Assembly (NCBI GenBank): GCA_963712115.1
Contig: CAVQGX010000020.1
Coordinates: 32,001-96,000, forward strand
Origin: an uncultured delta proteobacterium
Lineage (GTDB): Bacteria > Desulfobacterota > Syntrophobacteria > BM002
Direction: 5' to 3'
DNA: 64,000 nt
Position numbers and translations under genes: made by a program. The notes beneath the pieces are model-generated. The model had not been told where the DNA came from. It ran no database searches and was given only the letters and a program-made list of their open reading frames with translations. Positions 50,812 to 61,671 of this stretch are shown here, piece after piece; within the stretch, counting starts at the first letter, position 1; each line of letters opens with the position of its first letter.

Positions 50812-52093
50812 TTAGTAACTGAAGTCGACGCCGATACCAACCTGAAAGGCATCATCGCCACTGTTTGTAGCAGTAGTACCCGCTACGCCATAGCCGTTTT
50901 CGGCAAGCATGTAGGCACCGGCAAGGCTGAGGGTGAGGTTGTCGTAGATTTTCTGGGCAAGCCTGGCATCGATTTCAATGCCGATCTCGTCTTCCTCACT
51001 GCCGGCGACGGTGCGATCCTCGACCATGCCGATGTAGTACACATCGAGCATAATCGTGGTGGTATCAGTGGGCTTCACAGTGGCGCCGAGACCCACCGCC
51101 CACATGTTGCTGGGGCTGTTGTCGCCACCGATCTGTGACAGATCGGCATTTCTATCATAGGACCAACCATCGCTGATCATCTCAGCCCAGCTGAAGGTTT
51201 CGCCTGCCATTCCCTGGAAGTCGTCGTCGAGATCACCTTCCTTGTCGCCGCTGGCATAGATGAACTGGGCCCTGAGGGTTGCCATATCCAGGGCAAAATC
51301 CACCCCGGCATGGGCCATGTAGCCGTCGTAGTTCCGATCCCCAGCGCCATCGCTTTTTACCTCGCCGAAGTTCTTGCCGAGGATGACGAAGAAGGACACC
51401 ATGTCGAAGCTCATGTTGAACTCACCCATGACCAGGTAGAGGTCGTCGCTCTCGGGTACGTCAGCTGATGGTTAGTAGTCATTCGGTCCCTTCTGGTAAC
51501 CGAAGGTGAGCCGGGCGTCCATGTTCTCGGCCTTGTAGGCGCCGCTGGCCACCAGGTGCCAGACGTCGTTGCTGGAGTCTAGGATCGTTGGCCTCCAGAC
51601 CTGCTGCGCCGGCCCAGTAAGCGGTGACCGTTACAGGGTCGAAGTTCATGTCGAAGCGGGCAGCGGAAACGTCATCATCGATGAACCAGCCGCGGTGCAG
51701 GGCCACACCCTGCAGACCCAGGGTGGCCTTCACCGGGGTGTCCGGAACCATGAACTCCAGGTAGACGTTCTTGGTCTCCAGGTTGACCGAGTCACCGCCC
51801 AGACCACCACCGCTGTTCCTGCTGTTTACAAAGGCTGTATCACCCCACTCCATGTCGATCTCGTTCTTGTAGACCAGCTTGAGATTTTCGCTTGCGATGA
51901 TGTTAAAGTACATGCGCATTCTCTGGGTGACGTACTGGTAGGAATCATCTGAGTCGTCATCGCCATCGTAGTTGTCTTTGGCCCAGGCCTTGGCATTCCA
52001 CAGGCCGCTGATCTTCACCTCAGCCGCATAGGTGGGCATAACCAATGCGAACACGAAGATGAGCGCCAAAAGACAAAATAGTAACCGTTTCAT
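50812..52093 (-). pseudogene. Outer-membrane beta-barrel porin (OmpJ/alginate-export-like), interrupted by a frameshift (~51580) and an in-frame TAA (51472-51474)
   Basis: Signal peptide; QRMRMYF..ASENLK.V...EID..WG, NLETKNVYLEF; shifted frame continues DSSNDVWHLVASGAYKAENMDARLTFGYQKGPNDY*PSADVPESDDLYLVMGEF into ORF 50812..51429, which ends in an aromatic beta-signal (GVDFSY). Could be an assembly artefact. Confidence 0.75.
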
Positions 52094-52327
52094 AGGCTGT
52101 TAACCTCCTTGTCTTGAACTCTTATTCTCCAAATGTTATGGCCCTAAATAAAAGCAAACAATACCTCTCCCCGCACCACCTCCTTTCTTTTTTGAGGGTG
52201 GATCTTGATATGGGTGAAGATAAACTTCCGGCAGATTTACTATTTTGCCCTCCGGATTGTCAAGCAAAAAAAAACATATATACTTGGAAACAGTGTATTT
52301 TTTGCTTTTTCAGTGCACCAATCCGCA

Positions 52328-52343
52328 AGCAATAATCATACCA
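52328..52343 (-). promoter_or_regulatory. Putative sigma54 (-24/-12) promoter of the porin
   Basis: TGGTATGATTATTGCT matches TGGCACG-N4-TTGCW with exact GG/GC spacing. Confidence 0.6.
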
Positions 52344-52411
52344 AGATTGATTAAAGGATTGCTGGCTGGAGAGTGTTAAGGTGGACTATCGAGGGTTTCC
52401 CACAACATATT

Positions 52412-52520
52412 TCCCCTCCCCTGGCGGGAGGGGATAAAGGGGAGGGGAAATAAATAAATTATTGATAACAATGAATGTTTTGCACCCCCACCTTAACCCT
52501 CCCCCGTCGAGGGGGAGGGA
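52412..52520. repeat. REP-like paired palindrome, copy 1
   Basis: tcccctcccctggcgggaggggataaaggggagggg-AT-rich spacer-cacccccaccttaaccctcccccgtcgagggggaggga. Confidence 0.8.
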
Positions 52521-52738
52521 ATTATGAGGACATCGGACTCCATTTAGAAAGACGATTCATTTTTCTAATCAGATTTGATTGAGAGATTCGTTAATCCTTC
52601 TCAGACCTTGGCTTTTGAAAAGGCTGAGGAAAGAAACATGGGCCATTGCACAGGGAGAGATGTAGACTATTGTATTCATCAGGGTGAGAAAATCTGCATT
52701 TTCCCCTTCACGCCATGGGGATAGAGGGGATAGAGTTG

Positions 52739-52844
52739 AACCACAAAGTACACAAAGTACACAAAGAGTAAGGTTTCAGAGTTCAGTGTTCAGGTTTCAG
52801 CTTCTATATTTTTTCCCTGACACCTGACACCCGAAACCTGAAAC
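52739..52844. repeat. Stacked repeats (aaccacaaagtacacaaagtacacaaag; ggtttcagagttcagtgttcaggtttcag ... ctgacacctgacacccgaaacctgaaac)
   Basis: A 9-nt array followed by an inverted 7-nt array pair. Confidence 0.7.
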
Positions 52845-52999
52845 CGAATAAGGTAAGGGAGGGGCTTCGGTTGAGGAGTTCGGCTGCCCCTCGCTCTCAG
52901 GCGATCCTTTTACCCCCTCCCGAAAGAGCTAGGTGATAGAGCTTGAAACAATCTTTTTAGGTCTTATAATTAGGCTGTAACGAAACGGGAGAGTGGACC

Positions 53000-53554
53000 A
53001 TGTTGAAAAAGAACTTGCTTGTTATCTTGTTGTTGGTCCTTGTTGCCGGGTGCACAACCTGCAAAGGGGTGAAAACCGCTCAAGATGGCGGCACGCCTCC
53101 AATGATCTTGGATTCCTATGCTGCAGAGTCAGTGAGGCCCGGAGCTACCTGGAGGGTTTTTCTCAAAGCCCGGGACCCGGATGGCGACATGCAATCCATA
53201 ATTGCCGAGCTTTCTCAGCCCGGAATTGGCTATTATCCAGTTGATTTTACTTACATAAAAGGAGCCGACCGGGAAGGTTTTGCCGGGTATCTCATTTTGA
53301 GAACCCCGAGAGATTATAATCTGCTCCAGGAATACGTCGAAGTGAAGCTTACACTCCTGGATTGCGAGGCAAACAAGAGTGAACCCGTCAAGTTCACTCT
53401 CAGGTTTGACCTCAAATCCGGCTATGGTCCGCAGGAAGTACCAGAGAAATGGCAAGCAGCAGCCGAACGTAAGCTGGGTACCATAATGGTAGAGATCAGA
53501 AGTGTAGTAGAAGACAACAAGGAGGGAAACGGCCGGAGGCCTGTCTCCCCATAA
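53000..53554 (+). CDS. Putative lipoprotein
   Basis: MLKK, hydrophobic stretch and LVAGC lipobox; upstream TTGAAA-16-TATAAT. Confidence 0.75.
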   Translation: MLKKNLLVILLLVLVAGCTTCKGVKTAQDGGTPPMILDSYAAESVRPGATWRVFLKARDPDGDMQSIIAELSQPGIGYYPVDFTYIKGADREGFAGYLILRTPRDYNLLQEYVEVKLTLLDCEANKSEPVKFTLRFDLKSGYGPQEVPEKWQAAAERKLGTIMVEIRSVVEDNKEGNGRRPVSP

Positions 53555-53672
53555 AGTGAGATAGAGTTACTCGCAAGCCCTTACATTCGTTACCCGAGGA
53601 CCCTGGAGAAATAGCTCTTTAATAATCAATTCCCCGTGTACAAAAAAGACCCCCATGCAGCGCCCATCCTGA

Positions 53673-53701
53673 TTGACAAGTCTTGTGAATGATGGTACTT
53701 A
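53673..53701 (+). promoter_or_regulatory. Putative sigma70 promoter of serA
   Basis: TTGACA-17 nt-TACTTA. Confidence 0.45.
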
Positions 53702-53734
53702 GTCAAAAGATTAAATTGCATCTTTTCATATAAA

Positions 53735-53893
53735 AAGAGCCTGCCGGACAAGCCCTGTCCCCTCCCCTGGCGGGAGGGGATAAAGGGGAGGGGGGAATAT
53801 AAAATAGCTGAAAATACACTTTATTTTTTCACCCCCACCCTAACCCTCCCCCGTCAAGGGGGAGGAGATTATAAAGTTATCGCACAGGCTCTT
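53735..53893. repeat. REP-like paired palindrome, copy 2, inside aagagcctg...caggctctt ends
   Basis: 36-nt left arm identical to copy 1; different AT-rich spacer. Confidence 0.8.
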
Positions 53894-53958
53894 AAATGTT
53901 GTTGGGGACAAGCCCAGCAGAGGATAGGTTTTTTCTTTGGTCGGGAGCGCTAAATTAA

Positions 53959-55539
53959 ATGAAGATCTTGGTGAGTGACCCCCTCCACGAGAAAGGTATT
54001 GATGTCCTGGAAAAAACGGAGGGCTTCGAGGTAGAGGTGGACACCAGCCTCACCCACGAGGAATTATTGGGCATAATAAAGAATTACCATGCCCTGGTTA
54101 TCCGCAGCTCCACCAAGGTTACAGAAGAGGTCATAGAGGCGGCTGACCGGCTCAGAGTAATCGGCCGGGCCGGCATAGGTTTGGACAATGTGGACATCGG
54201 GGCTGCCAGCAAGCGCGGGATCGTAGTGATGAACACCCCTGACGGCAATGTGATCACCACAGCCGAACATGCCGTGGCCATGCTCATGGCCCTCAGCCGC
54301 AACATACCTCAGGCTGTGGCTTCAATGAGATCGCGCAAATGGGAAAAAAAGTTGTTTCGGGGCAAGGAGTTGTTCAACAAAACCTTGGGTGTAATCGGTA
54401 TCGGACGCATTGGCAGAATAGTTGCCGACCGGGCCCGGGGCATGAAAATGAACATTGTTGCCTACGATCCTTACATACCTGCAGAGAGCATAGAGAAAAT
54501 GGGGGTAGAACCGGTTAGCCTCGATGGACTCCTGGCCCGCTCTGACTTTATTACGGTTCACACCCCTTTTACCCAGGAAACGCGCAACCTGATCAACCGT
54601 GAGTGTTTCGCCAAGATGAAGAGGGGCGTTCTCCTGGTGAACTGCGCCCGAGGTGGTATCGTCAACGAGCATGATCTCTACGAGGCGCTGAAGGAGGGTA
54701 TAGTAGCGGGAGCTGCCCTGGATGTATTCGAGAAAGAGCCCCCGGGGGACAACCCTTTGCTGGACCTGGACAATGTTATAGCCACGCCTCACCTTGGGGC
54801 CTCGACAGATGAGGCTCAGGAGAATGTGGCCGTGGCCGTGGCCGGCCAGATCATTGATTACCTCAAGAGAGGTACGGTTCGTAACGCGGTGAATGTCCCG
54901 TCAGTAGATGGGGAGGTGCTGGTCAGGCTCCGCCCCTACCTGACCTTGGCGGAAAGATTGGGCAGCCTACTGGGCCAGATCACCAAAGGGGGTATCTTGG
55001 AGGTGGCCGTTGATTATATCGGTGAACTGGCCAAATATGACACGGTGCCCCTTACGGTGTCACTCACCAAGGGGGTGCTAACACCCGTTGTGGGTGATGA
55101 GGTGAACTTTGTCAACGCCCCGGTGCTCGCCAGGGAGCGGGACATCAAAATAAGTGAATCCAAACGGAGCGAGGCGGAGGATTTCACCAGTCTCATCACC
55201 GTGAGGATGAAGACAACCGAGCGCGAAAACACAGTCTCGGGGACTACCTTCGGCAAACAGGACCCCCGCATTGTGCGGATCAATGATTTTCGCCTGGAGG
55301 CACCCCTTGAGGGGCATCTTTTGTTGATCTACAATATAGACACCCCCGGGACCATAGGTGCAATAGGCACCTGTCTCGGGCAACACCGCATCAACATTGC
55401 AACCATGGATGTGGGTCAGGTCATTGAACAAGGTCAAAACATCATTATGATGCGAACCGATACACCAGTGCCCGTCGAGGTTCAAGAAGAGTTGCTCGGG
55501 TTGGGAAATGTGATGTTTGTCCAGAGACTGGAACTCTAG
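53959..55539 (+). CDS. serA: D-3-phosphoglycerate dehydrogenase (type I, ASB and ACT domains)
   Basis: IGRAGIGLDNVD, NTP.GN..TTAEHA, GIGRIG, NCARGG, ATPHLGAST.EAQ, C-terminal ACT (D.PG.IG.IG..LG...INIA.M). Confidence 0.96.
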   Translation: MKILVSDPLHEKGIDVLEKTEGFEVEVDTSLTHEELLGIIKNYHALVIRSSTKVTEEVIEAADRLRVIGRAGIGLDNVDIGAASKRGIVVMNTPDGNVITTAEHAVAMLMALSRNIPQAVASMRSRKWEKKLFRGKELFNKTLGVIGIGRIGRIVADRARGMKMNIVAYDPYIPAESIEKMGVEPVSLDGLLARSDFITVHTPFTQETRNLINRECFAKMKRGVLLVNCARGGIVNEHDLYEALKEGIVAGAALDVFEKEPPGDNPLLDLDNVIATPHLGASTDEAQENVAVAVAGQIIDYLKRGTVRNAVNVPSVDGEVLVRLRPYLTLAERLGSLLGQITKGGILEVAVDYIGELAKYDTVPLTVSLTKGVLTPVVGDEVNFVNAPVLARERDIKISESKRSEAEDFTSLITVRMKTTERENTVSGTTFGKQDPRIVRINDFRLEAPLEGHLLLIYNIDTPGTIGAIGTCLGQHRINIATMDVGQVIEQGQNIIMMRTDTPVPVEVQEELLGLGNVMFVQRLEL

Positions 55540-55546
55540 AAAGACA

Positions 55547-55642
55547 GACGCGGAGACACGGAGATACGGAGACACGGGGTGAGACCGAGTGACGGCGAAA
55601 GAAATATTACATACTCTCGCCGCGTCACCCCTTCGCCGTGTC
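55547..55642. repeat. Empty GACRCGGN-octamer inverted element
   Basis: gacgcgga-gacacgga-gatacgga-gacacggg ... tcgccgcgtcaccccttcgccgtgtc, just after the serA stop. Confidence 0.75.
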
Positions 55643-55725
55643 GGTGACAATGGACAGGCAATGGGGAAGGGGAATTAGAATAGCTGCCAGAAGTTTCGAG
55701 ATTGAAACCAAAGGGGTATGAAAAC

Positions 55726-56154
55726 ATGGCTGATGAAGAAATTGAAGGCAAGGGTTTTGTTATAAAGGACCGCCGTCGTTTTACCGAAGAGGGTGAACCA
55801 AAGCAAGAGACGGGTCCCGAAGAACAAGCTGAGGAACCAGAAGCCAGTACCCAGGAGAAAGCTGAGGACAGGGCAAAAGAGGAGGAGAAGGTAACTGAGG
55901 AAATGCCTTTCCCGGAGATAAATTTCTCTACCTTTGTTTTTTCACTTAACACCTCGGCCCTCCTCCACCTGGGCGAGATTCCTGATCCGGCCACGGGCAA
56001 GCAACAAGAAGACCTGGCCATGGCTAAACAGACTATCGACTTGATTGCAATGCTGCAAGAGAAAACCCAGGGCAATCTCGCGCCGGACGAAGAAAATCTG
56101 GTTAAGCACATCCTGTACGATTTACGGCTGCGCTATGTCCAAAAAGCCAAATAG
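55726..56154 (+). CDS. DUF1844 domain protein
   Basis: F.IKDRRRF, PEINFSTFVFSL..SAL.HLGEIPDP, DL..AKQTID.I.ML.EKT.GNL, LYDLRL.YV. Confidence 0.85.
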   Translation: MADEEIEGKGFVIKDRRRFTEEGEPKQETGPEEQAEEPEASTQEKAEDRAKEEEKVTEEMPFPEINFSTFVFSLNTSALLHLGEIPDPATGKQQEDLAMAKQTIDLIAMLQEKTQGNLAPDEENLVKHILYDLRLRYVQKAK

Positions 56155-57091
56155 CGCTGTCTCGATCATTGCAGAGGCTCCAGCCAAAATAAATCTAGGC
56201 CTGCAAGTTCTGGGTAAACGCCCGGACGGGTATCACAGTTTAGTGTCTCTCATGGTCCCGGTGAGCCTTTGTGATGAGTTGCGGGTCGAATTGAACCCGA
56301 GGGAAATTGAATTACACTGCCCCAACAGTGATCTGCCGACAAACGAAGAGAACCTGGTGTACCGGGCGGCTAAGCTCGCCCTGAATGAGTGTAGGTGGGA
56401 TGGGGGAGTGCGAATTGAGCTGAGCAAAAATATTCCGGAGGGTGCAGGGCTTGGAGGCGGCAGTAGCGACGCGGCTGCAACCCTACTTGCTGTAAACCAA
56501 TTGCTGGGCAGCCCTATGGACCATGCGGATCTGCACCGTCTCGCCGCTAACCTGGGTGCGGATGTTCCATTCTTTCTTCTGGGTCGGTGGGCAGTGGCTG
56601 AAGGGATAGGGGATATTCTCTACCCAGTGGAAAATGTACCGACATTATGGACAGTGCTGCTATATCCTAATTTGCAGATTTCTACCCGTTGGGCTTACGA
56701 GAATTTGACATTGACAAGCAGGGCAAATGGGTCTAAATTCAACATTCTTGGAGACACTTATGCGGGAGAGATGACCGCTTCCCACCAGAAACTTCTAGAT
56801 CGGCAAGGGCTTGCACTAGAGGATATACTTCCTCTGTTGGTCAATGATTTTGAACCACTGGTTTTCGGTCACTATCCACAGCTCCATGACTTAAAGAATT
56901 CTCTGCTGGCGGCGGGTGCCAAGGCAGTCCCCATGACTGGGAGCGGGCCTACTTTGGTTGGCCTTTTCCGCTCTGAGGAAGAGGCCCGTGAGGCCCATTA
57001 TTTGCTGCGGCGCAAAAAAGATATTACAACTTTTGTCGCGCACACTTTGGACACTGCGAAATTGCTGGCGAGCAGAGCGCAAAGAGCATAG
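56135..57091 (+). CDS. ispE: 4-(cytidine 5'-diphospho)-2-C-methyl-D-erythritol kinase
   Basis: [51 protein letters not shown]. Confidence 0.95.
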   Translation: MSKKPNSAVSIIAEAPAKINLGLQVLGKRPDGYHSLVSLMVPVSLCDELRVELNPREIELHCPNSDLPTNEENLVYRAAKLALNECRWDGGVRIELSKNIPEGAGLGGGSSDAAATLLAVNQLLGSPMDHADLHRLAANLGADVPFFLLGRWAVAEGIGDILYPVENVPTLWTVLLYPNLQISTRWAYENLTLTSRANGSKFNILGDTYAGEMTASHQKLLDRQGLALEDILPLLVNDFEPLVFGHYPQLHDLKNSLLAAGAKAVPMTGSGPTLVGLFRSEEEAREAHYLLRRKKDITTFVAHTLDTAKLLASRAQRA

Positions 57092-57141
57092 CGTTGAGAA
57101 GAAGTATTTTTCGCTCAGACTCTTGGCGCTATCGCCATGCG
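57071..57141. repeat. Inverted heptamer element overlapping the ispE stop (agagcgcaaagagcatagcg ... ctcttggcgctatcgccatgcg)
   Basis: agagcat family. Confidence 0.6.
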
Positions 57142-57161
57142 AGATTATTTGGTTTTTGTTT

Positions 57162-58109
57162 ATGATATTGGACCGTCTTAAACTGTTTGGTGGCAATTCC
57201 AATCCTGAGCTGACTGCCAAGATCTGCGAGCACCTGCAGATCCCTCAGGGAAAGTCTGTAGTTAAGACCTTCAGCGACGGTGAAATAATGGTTGAAATCG
57301 GTGAGAACGTCCGTGGCAGGGACGTTTTCGTAATCCAGTCCACCTGCGCACCGGTGAACCACAACCTAATGGAGTTGTTGGTAATAATGGACGCACTGAA
57401 ACGGGCGTCGGCCTGGCGAATTACCCCGGTATTACCCTACTATGGCTACGCCCGCCAGGATACCAAGGTGCTGCCCCGGGTGCCCATTAGCGCCAAACTG
57501 GTTGCTGACCTGATCACGGTTGCGGGTGGCCACAGATTGATTTGTTTGGACTTGCACGCCAATCAGATTCAAGGTTTTTTCAACATCCCAGTGGACAACC
57601 TCTTTGCAGCGCCAGTTCTGCTCGAATACCTAAGACAGCATTTCAACAACGAGCTGGTTATTGTCTCCCCCGATGCTGGCGGGGTGGAAAGGGCCCGAGC
57701 CTTTGCCAAGAGGCTAAATGCCAGCCTGGCCATTATTGACAAACGAAGGGACGAAGGGCAGCAGGAGGTTAAGGCCATGCAGGTGGTTGGTGATGTCAAG
57801 GGCAAGCCGACCATTATCGTGGATGATATGGTGGACACGGGAGGCACCCTTACCGAGGCGGCCAAAGCTCTGACCGAAAACGGGGCTGCTTCTATCAACG
57901 CTTGTTGCACCCACGCGGTCCTGTCAGGAAAAGCAGTCGAGTCCATTGAAAAATCGAATATCGAAAGTTTGATTGTCACTGACAGTATCCCTATCAAGCC
58001 TGAAGCGAAGGGTTGCAAAAAGATCAAGGTACTAACGGTGGCCAACTTGCTTGGGGAGGCGATCAAGCGGGCTCACCTGAATGATTCGGTAAGTTCGCTC
58101 TTTGTTTGA
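57162..58109 (+). CDS. prs: Ribose-phosphate pyrophosphokinase
   Basis: [54 protein letters not shown]. Confidence 0.97.
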   Translation: MILDRLKLFGGNSNPELTAKICEHLQIPQGKSVVKTFSDGEIMVEIGENVRGRDVFVIQSTCAPVNHNLMELLVIMDALKRASAWRITPVLPYYGYARQDTKVLPRVPISAKLVADLITVAGGHRLICLDLHANQIQGFFNIPVDNLFAAPVLLEYLRQHFNNELVIVSPDAGGVERARAFAKRLNASLAIIDKRRDEGQQEVKAMQVVGDVKGKPTIIVDDMVDTGGTLTEAAKALTENGAASINACCTHAVLSGKAVESIEKSNIESLIVTDSIPIKPEAKGCKKIKVLTVANLLGEAIKRAHLNDSVSSLFV

Positions 58110-58245
58110 TTTCGTCAAATCGAGAATTAGTCGATTCGTCAAATAGTCATACTTACATTAGTTTGTCTGCACGGTCCTATGAATCCGGTCACTTTGGGCT
58201 TCACCTCTAACTATTTGACTATCTAACGAATTGACAATTTGACTA
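58109..58245. repeat. Inverted octamer element (ttcgtcaaatcgagaattagtcgattcgtcaaatagtc ... ctaactatttgactatctaacgaattgacaatttgactaa)
   Basis: 8-nt periodic arms in inverted orientation, starting at the prs stop. Confidence 0.65.
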
Positions 58246-58261
58246 AAAATGGAGGAAATAA

Positions 58262-58933
58262 ATGGCTCACGTAGCGCTCACTGCGCAATCGCGAAAAGGA
58301 ACTGGTAAAGGTGCGGCCCGTACCCTACGGCGCCAGGCCTTGATACCAGCAGTCTTTTATGGTCCTGAGGTCGACCCTGTAAACCTGAGTCTCAAGTATC
58401 GGGATTTGGAGAAGCTAATTAAGACTGGGGCAGGTGAAAACGTTATAATTGATCTAGCAATAGAGACTGGCGAGTCTACTTTAAGCCACAGGGCGATGCT
58501 CAAAGAAATTCAGATGGATCCAGTGAAACAGACTATTCTGCACGTGGATCTCTATGAAATCTCCATGGACAAAAAGATAGAGGTAGAGGTGCCGATAACC
58601 CTAACAGGCACGGCCAAGGGTGTGTCCGACGAGGGCGGCATTCTTCAGCAGGTGAGCAGAACACTCGAGATCTCGTGTCTGCCGGACAATATACCCGATT
58701 CTTTTGAACTGGACGTAACCGACCTTAACATAGGCGACTCTTTGCATGTGAGTGATCTGAAGATTCCCCAAGACATAGAGGTTTTGGTGGAGGGGGAGCT
58801 TACCATTGCCACCGTGGTACCACCCACGAAGGTTGAAGAAATAGAACCAGAGGTTCCAGAAGAAGAGGAAGAACGAGAGGAGGTGGAAGCAGAAGAGGTA
58901 GCCGAAACCGAGGAAGAGGGGGAAAAAGAGTAG
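58262..58933 (+). CDS. rplY: 50S ribosomal protein L25/Ctc
   Basis: GKGAAR.LRR...IPAV.YG, KEIQ.DPV....LHVD, GGILQQ, CLP.NIP, L.IGDS.HV.DL. Confidence 0.96.
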   Translation: MAHVALTAQSRKGTGKGAARTLRRQALIPAVFYGPEVDPVNLSLKYRDLEKLIKTGAGENVIIDLAIETGESTLSHRAMLKEIQMDPVKQTILHVDLYEISMDKKIEVEVPITLTGTAKGVSDEGGILQQVSRTLEISCLPDNIPDSFELDVTDLNIGDSLHVSDLKIPQDIEVLVEGELTIATVVPPTKVEEIEPEVPEEEEEREEVEAEEVAETEEEGEKE

Positions 58934-58973
58934 CCCATGGTAATGGCCGGTTGCACGGCCATGGAGCAAGTTT

Positions 58974-59546
58974 GTGCATCTCGTGGTGGGACTTGGAAAT
59001 CCAGGAAAGACCTACGAGCACACACGCCACAATGTAGGATTCATGGTTGTGGATCGGTTGGCTGGGGCCCACTTCATTACGGTTACGGGGAAACGGTTTT
59101 TCAGCCTCTGGGGCAGAGGTGATATTGCCGGTAACAAGGTGATCCTGGCCAAACCGCAGGCTTTCATGAATCGGAGTGGCCAGGGGGTGCATGCCCTGAT
59201 GGCTTACTTTAAGCTTGCTGTGAAAGACTTGCTGGTAATCCACGATGATTTGGACGTGGATTTCGGTAGAATAAAGATCGTTCACGGCGGCGGAGATGGC
59301 GGACACCGGGGGGTGCAGTCCATTCACCAGGCACTGGGGGAAGACCGTTATGCCAGAGTTAAACTGGGAATTGGCAGGCCGCGATTTGGTGAGGTGGTAG
59401 AGGATTATGTGCTGAGCCCTTGGTACGAGGACCAGAGGGATCAGATAGTCGAGATAGTAGACTCTGCTGCTGCGGCTGTCACTGCCATTTTGGTTAATGG
59501 CCTGGAAAGGGCCATGACCGAGTTCAACTCGAAGCAAGTCCCCTAA
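58974..59546 (+). CDS. pth: Peptidyl-tRNA hydrolase
   Basis: LVVGLGNPG..Y..TRHNVGF, KPQ.FMNRSG, HDDLD, GGH.G, GIGRP, DYVL. Confidence 0.96.
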   Translation: MHLVVGLGNPGKTYEHTRHNVGFMVVDRLAGAHFITVTGKRFFSLWGRGDIAGNKVILAKPQAFMNRSGQGVHALMAYFKLAVKDLLVIHDDLDVDFGRIKIVHGGGDGGHRGVQSIHQALGEDRYARVKLGIGRPRFGEVVEDYVLSPWYEDQRDQIVEIVDSAAAAVTAILVNGLERAMTEFNSKQVP

Positions 59547-59616
59547 CCTGCAGTTCAAGTTTTTTTTAAACCACTAATACGTTACTTTTGGCACAAACTA
59601 ATGGGAGGTAACAGGT

Positions 59617-61626
59617 ATGGAAAACTGGGTAAACTATGCACCGTTTTTTGGCGTAGCGGGGGTGATCTTCGCATTTTTCCTGTTCGCCTACGTCAAGTCT
59701 TTTCCCAGCGGCAACGAAGTCATGATAGATCTCGAGGACCAGATCAACAAGGGCGCCATGGCATTCCTGAAAAGGGAATACTCCATCCTGGTGATTTTTA
59801 TTGCCGTGGTTTTCGCGCTCCTCTGGTATGGCATCAACTGGCAGACTGCAGTAGCCTTTGTCACGGGCGCGATCTGCTCGGGCGTTGCCGGCTTTTCCGG
59901 CATGAGCGCTGCCACCCGGGCCAACTCGCGTACGGCCGCGGCAGCCAATGAGTTCGGTATGGCCAAGGCCCTCAACGTCTCCTACTTCGGCGGGGCGGTC
60001 ATGGGTGTGGCGGTGGCCAGCCTGGGGTTGCTGGGTGTGGGCATCTGGTACTATTTCGTCGGCCACAACCCTGCTACCGCAAACATCATCAACGGCTTTG
60101 CCATGGGTGCCAGCTCCATCGCCCTTTTTGCCCGTATGGGGGGCGGTATCTTCACCAAGGCGGCTGACGTGGGTGCCGACCTGGTGGGCAAGGTGGAAGC
60201 CGGCATTCCCGAGGACGACCCCAGAAACCCCGGTGTCATCGCCGACAACGTGGGAGACAACGTGGGTGACATCGCCGGCATGGGCGCCGACATCTTTGAA
60301 TCCTATGTGGGCGCTATCATCGCCACCATCGCCATTGCTGCCACCATGGTGATGCCGGCTGAGTCTGAAAATTTGCGCTCCGCTTACATGGTCTGCCCTC
60401 TGCTGGTGGTCATGGGCGGTCTGGTGGCCTCTTTCTTTGGGATCATGTCCATCAAAATCTTCCAGACCATTTCACCCCAGGCGGCACTGCGCTACACTAC
60501 CTTTGTGGCTGCGGCCATTCTCATTGCCTTGACCTACTACATCGTCAAGACCCTAGGGCTGCCCACCGGGGTTTTCTATGCGGTCATTTCCGGCCTTTTC
60601 TGCGGCATTGTCATCGGGCTATTGGCGGAGTACTACACCTCCATGGGACCGGTGAAGAAGATCGCCGCGCAGTCCGAGACCGGACCGGCCACGGTGCTCA
60701 TTGCCGGCCTGGCTGTGGGCATGGAGAGCACGGCCCTGCCCGTTCTCGGCATCTGCCTTGCTACCTTCATCGCCTACAAGACCGGCGGGATTTACGGTAT
60801 CGGCATTTCCGCCGTGGGCATGCTCTCCACCGTGGGGGCCACCATGACGGTGGATGCTTACGGCCCCATTGCTGACAATGCCGGCGGCATCTCCGAGATG
60901 GCCGGCCTGGGACCTGAGACCCGCAAGATCACCGACACCTTGGATGCCCTGGGCAATACCACCGCCGCCATCGGCAAGGGCTTTGCCATCGGCGCCGCGG
61001 CGCTCACTGCGGTCTCCCTCTTTGTTGCCTATACCCAGGCGGTGGGCCTCGAGATCATCAACATCACCGATCCCATGGTGATCATCGGGGTTTTGATCGG
61101 TGCCATTGTGCCCTTTATCGTAGCGGCGCTCACCATGACCGCGGTGGGTTCTGCCGCCTTTGACATGGTGGAAGAAATCCGCCGCCAGTTCCGGGAAATC
61201 CCCGGGTTGATGGAGGGCGAGGCCAAGCCCGACTCGGCCAGGTGTGTGGATATTGCCACCAAGGGCGCGCTCAAGCGCATGATGCTCCCGGGACTCATCG
61301 GCGTGGCCACGCCTCTGGCGGTGGGAATGCTCATCGGCCCGAGGGCCCTTGGCGGAGTGCTGGTTGGCTGTACGGCAACCGGTGTGTGCATGGCCCTTTT
61401 CATGTCCAATGGCGGTGGCGCCTGGGACAATGCCAAGAAGTATATTGAGGCGGGTCATTACGGCGGCAAGGGTTCGGACAATCACAAGGCTGCTGTTGTG
61501 GGCGACACTGTAGGCGATCCTTTCAAGGATACCTCCGGACCCACCATGAACATCCTGATCAAGTTGGTCTCAGTGGTTTCGCTGGTTAGTGCACCGGTGT
61601 TAATCATGATCCACGGAATCCAGTAG
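59617..61626 (+). CDS. hppA: Membrane ion-translocating pyrophosphatase, K+-dependent type (probably Na+-pumping)
   Basis: [47 protein letters not shown]; GNTTAA (Ala, not Lys) marks K+ dependence; ADIFES Glu. Confidence 0.95.
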   Translation: MENWVNYAPFFGVAGVIFAFFLFAYVKSFPSGNEVMIDLEDQINKGAMAFLKREYSILVIFIAVVFALLWYGINWQTAVAFVTGAICSGVAGFSGMSAATRANSRTAAAANEFGMAKALNVSYFGGAVMGVAVASLGLLGVGIWYYFVGHNPATANIINGFAMGASSIALFARMGGGIFTKAADVGADLVGKVEAGIPEDDPRNPGVIADNVGDNVGDIAGMGADIFESYVGAIIATIAIAATMVMPAESENLRSAYMVCPLLVVMGGLVASFFGIMSIKIFQTISPQAALRYTTFVAAAILIALTYYIVKTLGLPTGVFYAVISGLFCGIVIGLLAEYYTSMGPVKKIAAQSETGPATVLIAGLAVGMESTALPVLGICLATFIAYKTGGIYGIGISAVGMLSTVGATMTVDAYGPIADNAGGISEMAGLGPETRKITDTLDALGNTTAAIGKGFAIGAAALTAVSLFVAYTQAVGLEIINITDPMVIIGVLIGAIVPFIVAALTMTAVGSAAFDMVEEIRRQFREIPGLMEGEAKPDSARCVDIATKGALKRMMLPGLIGVATPLAVGMLIGPRALGGVLVGCTATGVCMALFMSNGGGAWDNAKKYIEAGHYGGKGSDNHKAAVVGDTVGDPFKDTSGPTMNILIKLVSVVSLVSAPVLIMIHGIQ

Positions 61627-61671
61627 TGGGCAGATGACGGGAATCTGATCCCACTATCTGAAGAAAAGTAG

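Noticed and set aside
51472-51474. Stop-codon recoding in the porin
   Set aside because: The codon is TAA (neither Sec nor Pyl) and there is an independent frameshift nearby.
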